From NCBI GenBank assembly GCA_030167865.1, contig JALAGF010002624.1:1-63090 (forward strand): a DNA stretch of 63,090 bases. The letters are read 5' to 3'. A program made the position numbers and the translations under genes. The DNA is from Craspedostauros australis (lineage: Eukaryota). The notes beneath the pieces are model-generated. The model ran no database searches and had not been told where the DNA came from. It saw nothing but the letters and a program-made list of their open reading frames with translations. Shown in pieces: positions 1 to 11,716 of this stretch; the first letter of the stretch is position 1, and every line of letters starts with the position of its first letter.

Positions 1-516
1 GCAGGCCACGGAGATGCTGGAATCAAATGCAAACGAGATGGTCGTTGGTGCAGATGTAGGCCCCGAGGTCGGCATGGAAGTTGGTCTGCTGGTTGGTCTG
101 CTTGTTGGCTTGTTGGTCGGTGACGAGGTTGGATTGCTGGTCGCCGAGGCAACTGGCTGCCCGGTTGGCCTCGAAGTTGGTGCCCCAGTTGGTGGCGAGG
201 TTGGTGCAGAAGTCGGTGTGCTCGTCGGGATTCCGGTCGACGCAGTTGGTGCCGATGTGGGAGAGCTGGTAGGCGAACTGGTTGGTGCCACGCTGGGATT
301 GCTGCTCGGATTGGTGGAGGGTGCTCCCGTCTGTTTGTTGCCCTTGAAGTTCTTTGGGGTGAAACCGCCGTCGCCCTTCAGCAGTCTGGTTGCCTGCATC
401 GCGACATGAAGTTCGTCGGTTGGGTCAACCAATCTACGGCCGCGAAGGATGGCATCGATCGTCTTGCATTCGGCGAGCAAGATCGCCGTGATGGTAGCTG
501 CCTTGAACTTGAGCAT
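1..516 (-). CDS. Secreted Pro/Thr/Ser-repeat (mucin-like, cell-surface or cell-wall) protein, 5' part; runs off the left edge of the window
   Basis: Manual translation from ATG at 516 is stop-free to position 1: MLKFKAATITAILLAECKTIDAILRGRRLVDP...TRLLKG...PSTNPSSNPSVAPTSSPTSSPTSAPT...PTNKPTSRPTSRPTSMPTSGPTSAPTTISFAFDSSISVAC. It has a signal-peptide-like N-terminus, RxL motifs and about 20 PT/PSxx tetrapeptide repeats. The listed + ORF 14..409 (VG-rich) is its antisense shadow. Confidence 0.85.
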   Translation of the reverse strand, partial: MLKFKAATITAILLAECKTIDAILRGRRLVDPTDELHVAMQATRLLKGDGGFTPKNFKGNKQTGAPSTNPSSNPSVAPTSSPTSSPTSAPTASTGIPTSTPTSAPTSPPTGAPTSRPTGQPVASATSNPTSSPTNKPTSRPTSRPTSMPTSGPTSAPTTISFAFDSSISVAC

Positions 517-3500
517 CTTCAGTTTCCGTGTGATCTTTGCTTCAAGACTCCTTCACACTCGTGACTTTATCGGTACTTTTGGATGTGTTGATTTTGTCTC
601 TTGCGCTTCAGCGTTCTTGCAGGAGGATCGTGCTGCACAGTTGCGCAGGATGCATACCGTACCACGTTGATCATGTGCGCACAACAAGATAGGAGAAGAA
701 AAATGGAAACCGCAACAGTGGCAAGAATGTGGATTGGGTGAGCTGTGCATGCATCATTCACAGGATTGGCAGCCGAGGTGAAGACGATGTCGTGGTGATT
801 GGCGAAGCACTGCACAATCATTCTCGTGGTTGAGCAGTCAGTGCCTCGCCTCTTCCAATACCGCAGCGGCGACACATTCGTGCAGTATGCAATTGTCTGT
901 CGCTGTGCTGGCCGGATGGATGGATACCTGCGGCATGCTGCGTTCGCCGACGACGATGAGGACAACAACGGCCGAGTGGAGCGAGATGCGTCTTTCTCTT
1001 GCTGCTCCGGAGTCATCGTCATGGAACCGGCCATCAGGCAACCTGCTGCGCCATGTGATTTGAACTGGCCTCGAATCGTCGTACGCGGAATGGTTGCTCA
1101 CCTTGAGGTACGCGCGGATGTGTGTGCGCCTGATTGGATTCTGAGATGGGTGTGTGTTGAGGCTGGTGTTTGTGCACTATGCTATAATGTTGTATTTATG
1201 ATTTTGTCTGCACCTGGACATGTTGTGGCGTTGATGCTGAAAATCACAACACAGTTGTGGGTGTGGCCGTGCTTGCAGTGCGTGGCATTGTGTTGTGTCT
1301 TGTTGATTGAACGCGTGCACCCTTGGGATTGATGTGAGCAAAAATGTTGTTGTTGGTGGTGGCGTTGCTGCTGTTGTCGCAGTCACGGTGATTTGTGCCC
1401 CCTTTGGACTCGCCAACTTTGGAACTTGTCGCCGGATTTGATGTTCGCCGCCAATTGAGCAGGGAGTGTTTGATGACAGGCCCAATCCGCACGCGCGTTC
1501 CATCCTTTTGCCGGAAGGGATCACTGGCTGCGGCTCGCTCCACGCGGAAGAAATTCACTCTCACGACATGGGTATGCTACCAGAATCCATGGTGGGGTAC
1601 GACCTCTGTGTTTGTTGGCCATTGGAGCCCGCTCACAATCGTTTCTCATGTACTGGGAAGACAAGTGCTGTCGTGATTGATGGGCACATCGTCCCTTTTC
1701 TTGCAACACCAAACCTGGACCATCCATCAGCGCCATTGTGCGGCAGTGGTCATCACGACAGGCAATGGCTGGGCTGGACATTCGTGGCGACCATCGAGCG
1801 CCTGGCCACATCACCATGCGCTGTACCCCTTCGCGTCGAAGTTGATCTCGCCCCACACACGATCGGATACTTCTGGATGCAGCACAGAGTAGCTCATAGT
1901 ACGAGGAGTAACACATCGTTGTGAAGGGTTGGAGAAGACCAGCGTCGTTGAATGCGATAGCGGCATTGAGACTGGCGCATGCCACGCTGCAGGTGCAGAC
2001 CTTTCGACATTTCTGCCAAAACGGTGACACTCCTGAATGCAGTCTCCAAGCTCTTCCATGAGAAAAAAAAAACATTTTGTGTTCTCCTCCCTCAGTGGTT
2101 CGTCGTCAAAAACATCACGAAGTCGCCTGTTTCCACGTTTGAACATCAAGTCTCGCATCAAAGAGTGACATTCGTAGCGCGATCATGTATGAAGGGCTGG
2201 GATTGCTGGTACTGGTGACGATTCCGACAATGATATCATTGACCATGTTCAGGCGCTTCGTTCTTGTCTTTTACTCTCTGTGACGCGGAAAGCCGATGTG
2301 CGCGGAGCGTGGATGGTCTCGGTGGTTGGCTTCAACGATCCCATTCCCGCCATGCGTGACAACTGTTCTTGTCGAAGAGCAGGCAACGCGATCTTTTTAC
2401 TCCAATACACGGACAAGCAGATTGCCCAGTGCGGCCATGCCAGCACCATTGCGTTCCGAATGTCGCCAAGAGAGAAGAAAGAGGAGGAAAAGGAAACCTT
2501 TTCCACGACAGTTCTTGCACACCATTCAAACCACAAAGGGTCCCAAGACGGGTGAACATACATGCACACGCGCATGCACAGTCCCAGGGGCCGCGAAGAT
2601 CCAAACAGAGATGCATGGAGGTGCAAGATCAAGAGATTACACTCTCGTGGAATGCTTTTCCAGCCCTTCATCGTCACGACGCATGGCCCAAGGCCAAAGC
2701 AATTCGCCTGAGCGGTACCATCAAACTATTCTCAATGATTTGTCATGACAAAGTTGGAATTGTGATGTCGTTCGCCGCTTGTTATTTGTCATATATTGTA
2801 TTTCGCCGTAACCCCAGGGTGTCCTGATGACGATCATCATTCCCCAACATTGTCTCTGGATTGTGGCACCACCGAAGGACACACAAATTAGATTCACACA
2901 TTGGAGTAGACTCCCTGAGTCTACATACATGGAGAGCAGATCCACAACGAAAAGAGCTGCAACACTCACTCCGCATCACCAACACCTGCATGACGTGCAA
3001 TGCTGACTATTTGATGAATGGTTGATCGGGCGGACAAGTCGAGGTGTTAGCATGCTGCTGGCGTCTGTGGTTGTGATGGCATCACCCACCCCTTCGACTT
3101 GCCTGCACACCTCAAGCAGCTCCATTGAATTCCATCGAGTTGACGTTTGCATCTGCAGGCAAGTGCCATCGCCTGTGTTGTGAGGGGGCGGAGTTGCGTC
3201 TTGCTTGTCGTGCACTTGAAGAAAGTGACCTGTATCAGCATGTACCCAGAGTGCTCGTGCTGGTATTCTGCCAACACTTGCGCTGACACGCGACATTGTC
3301 GCTCGACGAGCGCGACTATTCCGGGACAAAGGACAGAAATCACAAGACGACAGATGAAGGAGGCGCCATCCGGTCTCATTGAACAGTACTAGAGAGTATG
3401 GTACAAACAGAGTCCAAGAGGCACGAGCACAACTGGCAGCTTGATCTTGGCATGATCATGAATGTTGCGGGGCAATACGAATTCACCAAAGGATCGAGAA

Positions 3501-3704
3501 TTGCGCAAAGTAGAGTATGGCACCATACACTGGTACGAGTAATCTATTGTGGAGTACTCTAGTAGTATTGTATTGTTATTCCGATCAAGGAGAGCGGAAC
3601 GTGTATGTATTTGTGTTACGACGAGAATTGCGTTGGCGCTTGTGCCATCGATTTCATGAAATGAATCGAGTTCTTATGGCGCTGGAGCATGAAGTGCCGC
3701 GATC

Positions 3705-4937
3705 TCATCTGTTGCTAATGCAGGTCTCACCCTTGCAACAGGACGTGCAGCAGCTGCAAGTCACCTCGATGTCATGCACTCCAGCACTGTGTTTGGCGGC
3801 GACGATGGACTGCGCGTCGCCGCAGTCGGCGGACAGGACTGCGAACGGGCTGGGGCTTGGATCTTCGCAGACGGTCGATTCCAATGTGAGGCCCTCGATT
3901 TGGTTGTGCTGCAGCTCCAATCTCTGCAGCTTGTCCATGTTGCGCAATGTGACGGGAAGAGGGCCGGTGATGTTGTTGTCGGCGAGGTTGATGACAACCA
4001 GCTCCTTGAGGAGGGCAATTTCTGCAGGGATGGGGCCTTGCAGCGTGCATGCTTCGAGGAGGAGGCTGCTGATGCGCTTGTTGGAATCGCACAGAGCACC
4101 TTTCTGGAGGCCGTCATTCCAGTTGCAAATGTGGCTGTCAGGTCGGATGAACCATTCATGTTGCCAGCCGACTTCGAACAGGGACGAGAAGACAACGCCA
4201 AGCGCGTACCGCTCGACGAGAGATTGGACTGTGTCTTGTTGTTCGTCGACGGTGACGTGGGCTTGATGGTTGGTGTCTTTTTCGGCGGTTGCCAACCAGT
4301 TGAGCACCTTGTTCTGGACGGTCTGGGGGTCGTTGAGCAAAGCCATGATGCCCTCATGGCTTCCGCCATCTTGGGATGTGTAAAGAAGAGGTTCATCTTC
4401 AAGAGCCGGCATGATCAATGAGACAATTTCATCGAAGTTTGCATCGTGGTCTCCTAGCGACGGCGATGAGTCCGTGCTGTCTGACTCCGGCGTGTTTGGG
4501 CCTGAGTTCGGAGGTGTTGTCGGCTCGCCGTTGGCGACGCTGCCGCTTCGGTCGCTGCCATCGTCGCTATCGTCATTGTTGGCAGTGAGCCCGACGCTCA
4601 AGCCAATGATGATGGCCAAGACAACAACAGCTCCAACAACCCAAAGTATGCGAGAGCTGCTGCTGCTGCGGGCTGATCGTTTCACGAGAATATCGTCGTC
4701 CTCGTCATCGTGTGGTGCATGCTCTTCCGCAGCGGCTTTGCCAGCCGACCCTTGATCTTCATCGTCGTAGCTTGGCATGACGTTCTGAAGCGTACCATGG
4801 GTAGAGGCAGATCCATCGGAGGAGGTGGGAACAGACTTGCAGGCCTCGATATCGATGGCATCCTTGTGCTGGCCATCGACATGATGCATGTCGACGTTGC
4901 TCGTCTCGACGACCGCTTCAATTGCGTTCGTTGTCAT
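3705..4937 (-). CDS. Single-pass membrane protein with C-terminal leucine-rich repeats (diatom L-domain-like family)
   Basis: 410-aa ORF. It has an acidic N-terminus, one TM helix (ILWVVGAVVVLAIIIGLSVGL), an ERYALGVVF motif, an LRR N-cap (W...ICNW...LC), plant-type LRRs (LQGPIPAEIALLKELVVINLADNNITGPLP) and an ADC...CSCCTSC C-terminal cap. Confidence 0.88.
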   Translation of the reverse strand: MTTNAIEAVVETSNVDMHHVDGQHKDAIDIEACKSVPTSSDGSASTHGTLQNVMPSYDDEDQGSAGKAAAEEHAPHDDEDDDILVKRSARSSSSSRILWVVGAVVVLAIIIGLSVGLTANNDDSDDGSDRSGSVANGEPTTPPNSGPNTPESDSTDSSPSLGDHDANFDEIVSLIMPALEDEPLLYTSQDGGSHEGIMALLNDPQTVQNKVLNWLATAEKDTNHQAHVTVDEQQDTVQSLVERYALGVVFSSLFEVGWQHEWFIRPDSHICNWNDGLQKGALCDSNKRISSLLLEACTLQGPIPAEIALLKELVVINLADNNITGPLPVTLRNMDKLQRLELQHNQIEGLTLESTVCEDPSPSPFAVLSADCGDAQSIVAAKHSAGVHDIEVTCSCCTSCCKGETCISNR

Positions 4938-7900
4938 CGTCGATGTTTGTTCTTTTCAGGGATGGGATTCTGTGTACAGTGCGAATGCGAATGCGAGTAA
5001 GGACGTTGCTGCTGCCGTTGTTAATGATGGCGATGCTGCTGGGCAAACGATGTTGGGAAGTGGGCTCTTCGGGGAGTATGATGGGAGCGGATGATGGTTT
5101 GAAGCCGCGGTCGCAATGATTTTGTGGGAGAGTATGTGACGAAGTTGATGTGGTTGTGAACTTGTTGGTTGCGTCGTTGGTTGGTTGATTGATTGATCAA
5201 TTGATTGATCTGTTGATTGGCTTTGGTTCGGAGGGATGGCTCGATGCTACCGCTGTTGGAAATGTGATGTATTGTGGTGTGATGTTGGCAATATGATGCG
5301 ATGTGATGTGATGAGCGTCCTTTTCGGTTTGTGAGGCCTGGCTACTTGGAACGTTTTCTGTTTCTGGTTGATGGGCCATCCCATCCAAGATCTGTATGTA
5401 CCTTGGGTATGGGTATGGCGCAACCATGCGCGCGTCTGCCTGCGCGCTTGGACGTCCATGAATGCGGCAGGGAGGGATGGCAGCCCTTCTGGACATGTGT
5501 CAACAAGACGAAAGGAAGTGGTCTTGCAACGCGAAATCGCTCGACCGCCGGCTGTTGGTGCCTACCATCTGCGCATGCGCGTACGTAGTCGGATGGTACT
5601 TTGCAACCATACGAGCTTGGTGCAACAGAACATGAAGCTCGTTGATTTTGTGGTTGCCTTTCCTTCTCTTTTTTCGGATTTGTGTGACCACATGCATCAG
5701 TGGCAGGTCGTCGCGCGTTTACCATCGTGATAAGTCCGTTCGTGTCGATCTTGGGATGGGCGTCGCTAGGACACGCCCTGGACACAAGCTGTTGGAAATA
5801 AGCCCAGACCCAACCGCGAACATTCACAAAGCGACAAGTGCACGCAGTTGGCTTCAGTGTTACAAAGCGCAGGTGTCCTGCGTTGTCCATGATCAAACCA
5901 TCTCCCGCTTTCTTCCTTGCGCGACCGACACGCCACTGTGAGTGCCGTGCTTGGACCACGCGACCGCTGCATTCGCCCAATTTGGTGTCTTGCCACGCTC
6001 CCCCAAAGAACTCCGCAGAACGCTTGGTTGTCTCGGCAAGACCAAACAAGAGCGAAATCCGGATGCTCAAAACAGGTGTGGTGGCGAGACACCCTCCCAA
6101 CGGTTTCTCATGACATCCAACCAACACTCGTCATCATTCCGACTCGCCCCAAGAGAATTCTCTGCGCTATGTACGATCCACAAACACAAGCCACGGCCCA
6201 TCCAAGTGCTGCGTGTGTCATGCATCGTTCTTGTTACCGCCGTTTCTTGAGGAGTGCGTCATGTTCGTGTTCGTGTTTGTATTCGTAATGGTCTCGCAGC
6301 ACGTTCACATCCACAGGAACATGAACCCGCAACTCGTACCATACTCATCCAATCTGCTGTCATGCCAACTTCGACCACGAATACACCGCGTCTCGAGTTC
6401 CAGCCGCTCATGAGACGGGACGAAGAACAGCAAGAACATCGCAATGACTGTGTCGCGTTCGGTGTGCGGCTTTTGAGGATCTGCATCTCACATCATGAGC
6501 AAGACCACAAAGAAGGTTGGATGCGGAATCGGCTCAAAAAGATGGGACCTGCGAGCCTTGAGGTGACCATGTGACGAGAGACTAATCAAGCCATGGATGA
6601 CGGTGCGCACCCTCTTGCCACATTGTGTCACCCATGTCATCACTGGGCGGCATCACGATGGGCCAGTGGTGCGCACTACGATGGAACACGGACTTTTGCA
6701 ACTCGCAGCATCGTTGCTCCATTGGTTTTGCTCGCGCCAAACCAACTGTTGGTGAAGCCCCTTCCGAGCGAAATGTGCGGTCGTGCCACACACGTGCACA
6801 CCTTCATAGAGTCCATTGCCTTCTTCGCACAAGTTTCGACCATCATTGGCGAGACAGCGCTCAGAGAAGGATGGACTGCTGCATGGCAGGTCGTGAGGGT
6901 AGCTTGCGCGGTACAGGTACAGGCACAGCACTTGAGGAGCACGAGGTAGGAGCGTGAAACACGACACCGCGACAACGCTGGTCAAGAAAAGGCGGATAGG
7001 ACCCTTGAGTCCATGTCCCATAAGTTCGAAAGCGATCGGGCAAACCGGCTTTTTGGCATTTGACCGCACTGTGCCGTACGTACAAGACACATCTGCTCTC
7101 TTGCATGGTTTTCTTGTTGATCTTGTACTTGACATCAGACACGATACCCAAAGCATATCAGGTCGCGCAAAATGGTCGTGGGAGACTTTCGCGTCGCGGT
7201 TGACCCAAGATTCGTTTGTGTCCATGGTGTCGGAGCAATAGGCTACCCTGCTACCTGGGAGGTTTCATCCCTGGACCAGATCCAAATCCAACAAAGCAAG
7301 CCCCTTCGTTTCGCATCGGTCCACCCACCAGCAGTGTCCACCGCCAGACATAGAGAGAGACCGCAACGAGGAGAGAAACAAGAGGACGGTGTCGGGTCTC
7401 GGGGAAGGAAATGACTGGGCGGAGGGTTACTGCTGTGGCTATTGCCGGCATGCCATGCCATGACCAACACATCTTACATACATGGATACGGACCATTCTA
7501 CTTTGCGCAGACCACGTGCATCATACCACGCCGCATCGTATCTGTGCTGCACCAGAGCTACAGGAAATGGACGAGGAGCAACATCATCTGATCGTTTCGC
7601 AAAAGAGAACATGACATGAATAGAGATGCGTGCGGCTCTCTCATTTGTTTGGTTGGCCCAACAATCATCGTACCCCAGAGCATGTTGATCCACGGCGGGC
7701 CTTGCCCACCATTCTTCCCAACAACAACAACCAGGTTCAGGCGTGGATGATTGACAATGCTCCAGTCGATCAACGTGCGGTGCAAGACGCCGCAGTCTCT
7801 GCGGAGGTGCTGCTCGAGTGGGGCACGCAAAACGCACAACCGGGAGTCGTATCAAACGACAACAAGCAATGCAGAAGCAAGCACCGCGAAAGTCTGTCTC

Positions 7901-8043
7901 AGGTATGTGAAGGGAATGATAGTGTTTCATGTGGATCGGATCGCTATACATTTTATCTGTGTGGAATTGTTGACCTTCCACCGTGGCTTCGTGCGGAGCA
8001 GCTGCGCTGCATGGCGCGCGCATCTCTGATTGGCACGCTCTCA

Positions 8044-8601
8044 TTAAACAAGGCAGATGGATTGCAGCCGTCCAGATCGAATCATGCGTCTCCATTTCTT
8101 GGGAGAGTTGGAGTGGTGGTACCATTTGGAAGCGCGGCGCGTCTTCTTCGTCTTGGAGACCTTTGCTTTGCTGGAGTACTGTGTTGATGGCTTGGCTGCT
8201 GGTGCCTTCTTCGCCACCGACTTTGATAGCGCGGTGAAATATGGCATTGAAGCTGCAGTGCCCTCCGTTGTCATGGATGAGCTGTCATCCACGCAGCACG
8301 CATTCGTGATTGTCGTGGCAAAAGCCGTCTCGCCAAGCACAAGATTAGCCTTGAGCGTTTGCGGCGCCGGCGTACAGCATGTGCTCTTGCTTGGCTGTGC
8401 TGGACGATCTCCGAGATCTGCGATTTGCTTAACCAGCCTCTCCTTTTTGGCTTCCATTTCGGAAACTAGAACTGTCCAGCAACCGTGCTGGCGTTGCAAA
8501 GAGACGCGTTCCTGTTCCATTTCGTTCATTTGCGATTGCATAGATTTCGCCAGCGTTGTCAAGTTGGAGAAGTGAAGCGACATTTGCGGGATGGAATTCA
8601 T
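8044..8601 (-). CDS. Hypothetical protein with coiled-coil N-terminus and basic C-terminus; possibly a decaying gene
   Basis: ATG at 8601 follows a CAA/CAC-rich leader. The 185-aa product has a heptad-like segment (LAKSMQSQMNEMEQERVSLQRQ...EMEAKKERLVKQIADL) and a Lys-rich tail. No family recognised. Confidence 0.35.
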   Translation of the reverse strand: MNSIPQMSLHFSNLTTLAKSMQSQMNEMEQERVSLQRQHGCWTVLVSEMEAKKERLVKQIADLGDRPAQPSKSTCCTPAPQTLKANLVLGETAFATTITNACCVDDSSSMTTEGTAASMPYFTALSKSVAKKAPAAKPSTQYSSKAKVSKTKKTRRASKWYHHSNSPKKWRRMIRSGRLQSICLV

Positions 8602-8890
8602 GATGTGATGCTGCGGTGTTGTGTGAGTGGCTGTATTGGGAAGAGTGTGATTGTGTGTTGTGCGATGTCTGCTGTTTGCGATTGTCTTGATCGTTGTTTG
8701 ATTTTGTGAGCAGATGGTGGTGGTTGTCCAAAAGCAAGAATGAAGTTTCAAGCGTCGGTGGGAAAGATGAACATGCCAAAACTTGATGCCAGAAGTCTGG
8801 TCGGGCTGGTCCAGAAAAGCATTCCGTGACTACCGTTTTCAAGGGTAGAGAGTGGCTCTGTGGAGTTGTTGGGTGCTCTATCCTCCCACC

Positions 8891-8908
8891 AGAGAGAGAG
8901 AGAGAGAG
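8891..8908. repeat. (AG)n microsatellite
   Basis: agagagagagagagagag read directly. Confidence 0.9.
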
Positions 8909-9113
8909 TCCTTTCTCTCTTTTCTCCGCGTACCTACTTTCCTTCCAGCCTACTCGCCGTCGTGGGTATGGCTTGTCCTGCAGTACAACGTCGTCAAGGA
9001 TCCTATAGAGAAGAAGAAGAAGAAGTATCCTGGCTACAGCTTCGTCACTTTATCCCTCTATTCCTTCATATCAATCGCCCCCCTTCTGCTTTCCAAGCCA
9101 ACCTTGCCTTTGC

Positions 9114-10929
9114 CTATTCCTCAGCAACTTTGCCGATCTTGGATTCAACGAAATGGGCAAAATACCGACGCAGAATCTCCGTCTGGATAATGCGATCCTC
9201 GTGGGCAGCATCGGGGTGATACACCAAATCCTCCATCCACAAGGCACCTCTCTGAGCAATCTCCTGCGCCTTTTCGTCATTCTCCACCACCCACTTCATG
9301 CGCTCTTCCAGATTCATAGCGTCATCATCGAGTGGTACATAGTGCTGTGAAGGTATCATTGTGGTGTCGGGGAGCACAGAGCAGAAAGGATTGGTTGAGG
9401 AGGGTGAGTATGTCATGCATCACCAATTACTCAATCAATGCATCAATTCATCAATGCAAGCATGCGATTAGATAGAAACGCCAAATATCCCAATACCTCT
9501 GCGCGTATGACTTACCACCCATGGTTGAAGCAGCTCTTCCATAGCCCAGGACGTGTGACGTGGAGTGGGCATGAGCACGACGGATTGAGAGAGGAGGGCC
9601 CACTTGAGGCCAGAGGCCACGTCGTTGCCCTCGATCATGACAACTGTGGAGAAATGGTGAGGAAGAAGCAACCAACAACAACAACAACAACAACGACGAC
9701 GACGACGACGACGGCACAGGTGAGTTTGTATCGCGAACAATCCCATGCAACACATTCGCGACATCAGCACATTGTCAAGACTTACTCCCTTTGTACTTCA
9801 GCATTTGCTGCAACGCGATCTTGCCCGATTGCAGCGTGCGGCCATTGATGACGGGCGGCAACCGCTTGCGCATGCTCGTGAGCTTGGCATCGACGTACTT
9901 GGAGTTGGCGAATTTGTACGCCAACCGACATCGGATCATGCGATTGCAGTTGTCCACATCCGATCTGCGCTTCTCGTAGTTGCCCTTGGCGCCCGTCAGC
10001 TCGCCACGGAAAATGGCGACGTCCTTCTTGTCGTGCCACGGCGTATCGAGGGCGGCGATGTGGGCGATGAGGCGGAAATGGCGGTGCGTGGCGAACTTCC
10101 ACAGGATGGGCTCGAATTTGGTGCGCAAGTGGCTGTGGGCGTTGTGGAGGACGCGGCGTGGGGATGCGTAACATTGCGCGTCGTCGTTGTCGACAATGAC
10201 GTCGTCGATGGCCGTGGGACTCGCCGCGGCCGATCGGAACTTCTTGATGTGCGGGATGTTGACATTCTTGAAGACATGCGATGTTGGGTTGTCGCCGTAT
10301 TGGAGGATGAGGGGTGGCATGGCGAGATCATGCGCCGGTTCGTAGTCGTAGTACTGATGCTGCTCCCATTGCACATTGTTCAAAGCTGGCAGCAGAGAAT
10401 CCACGGCATCGTAACAGTACATTCTCATATTGGGTTGCATGAGCACGCGCTGATCCAGCAGGTGCTGCTGCCGTTTCTTCGCCACTTGGTGCGAGGCAGC
10501 CTCCGGTGGCGCGTACGGAAACGGTATCTTGGCACACGCAAAGGTCGTCTCACGTTCCACAAAGATGAGCATGTCCGGCTCCACGTTGTTTTGGATGGTG
10601 AGCACGTTGGATGCGTTGATATCGTCGCGATCCGACATGCCCGTCACGATGACGTCCTTCCATTCCTCGCCGCTGTCCGCCGATGGCACGTATCTGTACT
10701 GAATCTTTCCAGCGGCGTAGTCCTCACATGGCGGCGTGTACCAATTGGACATGTAGAGCCGCACGCGTTCTTCCACCGTCGGGAAGCGTTCGGCTCGTGT
10801 GGCTGGCAACGGAATGCGCTGGAATTGCAGGCTGTCCTCGTGACGAACAGAGTCCTGCGTCGATTCGGAAGCGCCATGAGCAGCTTGAGCTGCAAGCAGC
10901 AACAGCGTCGTGCGCTGCATCCGGTTCAT
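9114..10929 (-). CDS. Glycosyltransferase family 90 (CAP10 / lipopolysaccharide-modifying-like), 3 exons
   Basis: Exons 10929-9786, 9643-9516 and 9344-9114 joined at GT-AG sites give 500 aa. Motifs: signal peptide, PWHDKKDVAIFRGELTG, LKYKGIVMIEGNDVASGLKWALLSQSVVLMP, SWAMEELLQPWVHYVPL, WVVENDEKAQEIAQRG. Confidence 0.9.
9671..9713. repeat. Compound (CAA)n(CGA)n microsatellite in intron 1 of the GT90 gene
   Basis: accaacaacaacaacaacaacaacgacgacgacgacgacgacg read directly. Confidence 0.9.
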
Positions 10930-11669
10930 CGGGTTTCGCTTCTTCGTTGTGCAATTCCTTTCCTCACTTCGCTTCGGTTGGTGTTGCTGTTGCTTTGTGG
11001 CAGATATGATACGTATTGTACGCTCCTTGCTGTGCCTTGGATGTCGTTGATGCCCACGTTGGTTGCAACCCGCAATGGAATGAGCGCCACAAAACTGAGT
11101 GGAATACACGTATTATAGAAGAAAGCAGAGGTTGCCCAGAGTGCTTCACACAATCTGATTGTCTTTGTGAGACCGTGAACGAAGAATGGATTTGCGTTGC
11201 TTGTCTCTTTGTGTGTGCAGCATCTCCGTCTTCGTCTCTCTCTATCTCTCTCTCTCTCCCTTGACACCATCCACGGAGATGGATGCAGAACCTCATCCCA
11301 AGACACGAAATACAGCATCGATGTCGATCCACGGAACGAAGTCAACCCGAAACACAACAAGAACAGACAGGACAAGCAAAGACACACACAACACACCACG
11401 AAAACACACACCAAACAAAACGTCTCAACACATTTCCTCCCGCCAATTTTGTCATGAGAAGAATCGGCGTAGACGTTATAAACCGTTATATTCAAGAATC
11501 CGCACGACTTGGACTTCAGACAGCACGATGAAGTCTGCATGTCGACCGTTCGCGCCACGACAAGAATGAAGAAATGGATCTTTTCTTGGTGGCAACAACA
11601 ACGACAACGATCACAGCAACAAGAATAGCGACCACCACCATGCTCCAACAAACACACACGCACACGCAC

Positions 11670-11716
11670 ACAGGCAGGCAGGCACACAGGCAGGCAGGCA
11701 CACAGGCAGGCAGGCA
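11670..11716. repeat. Imperfect (GGCA)n microsatellite
   Basis: caggcaggcaggcacacaggcaggcaggcacacaggcaggcaggcag. A complementary (TGCC)n tract lies at about 16443-16470. Confidence 0.8.

Noticed and set aside
14-409. Val/Gly-rich 131-aa plus-strand ORF
   Set aside because: It is the antisense shadow of the PTxx-repeat gene on the minus strand.
1244-2161. Selenoprotein-style TGA readthrough in the interrupted minus frame
   Set aside because: The frame also contains a TAG, the TGAs are not in redox-motif contexts, and I could not identify a SECIS element. Decay is the simpler explanation.
9745-11118. 457-aa plus-strand ORF (similar cases: 34885..35985, 51072..52439, 52661..53773, 29513..30499, 32415..33350)
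   Set aside because: These are antisense to well-supported genes. High GC3 codon usage suppresses stops on the opposite strand, and none has a recognisable motif.
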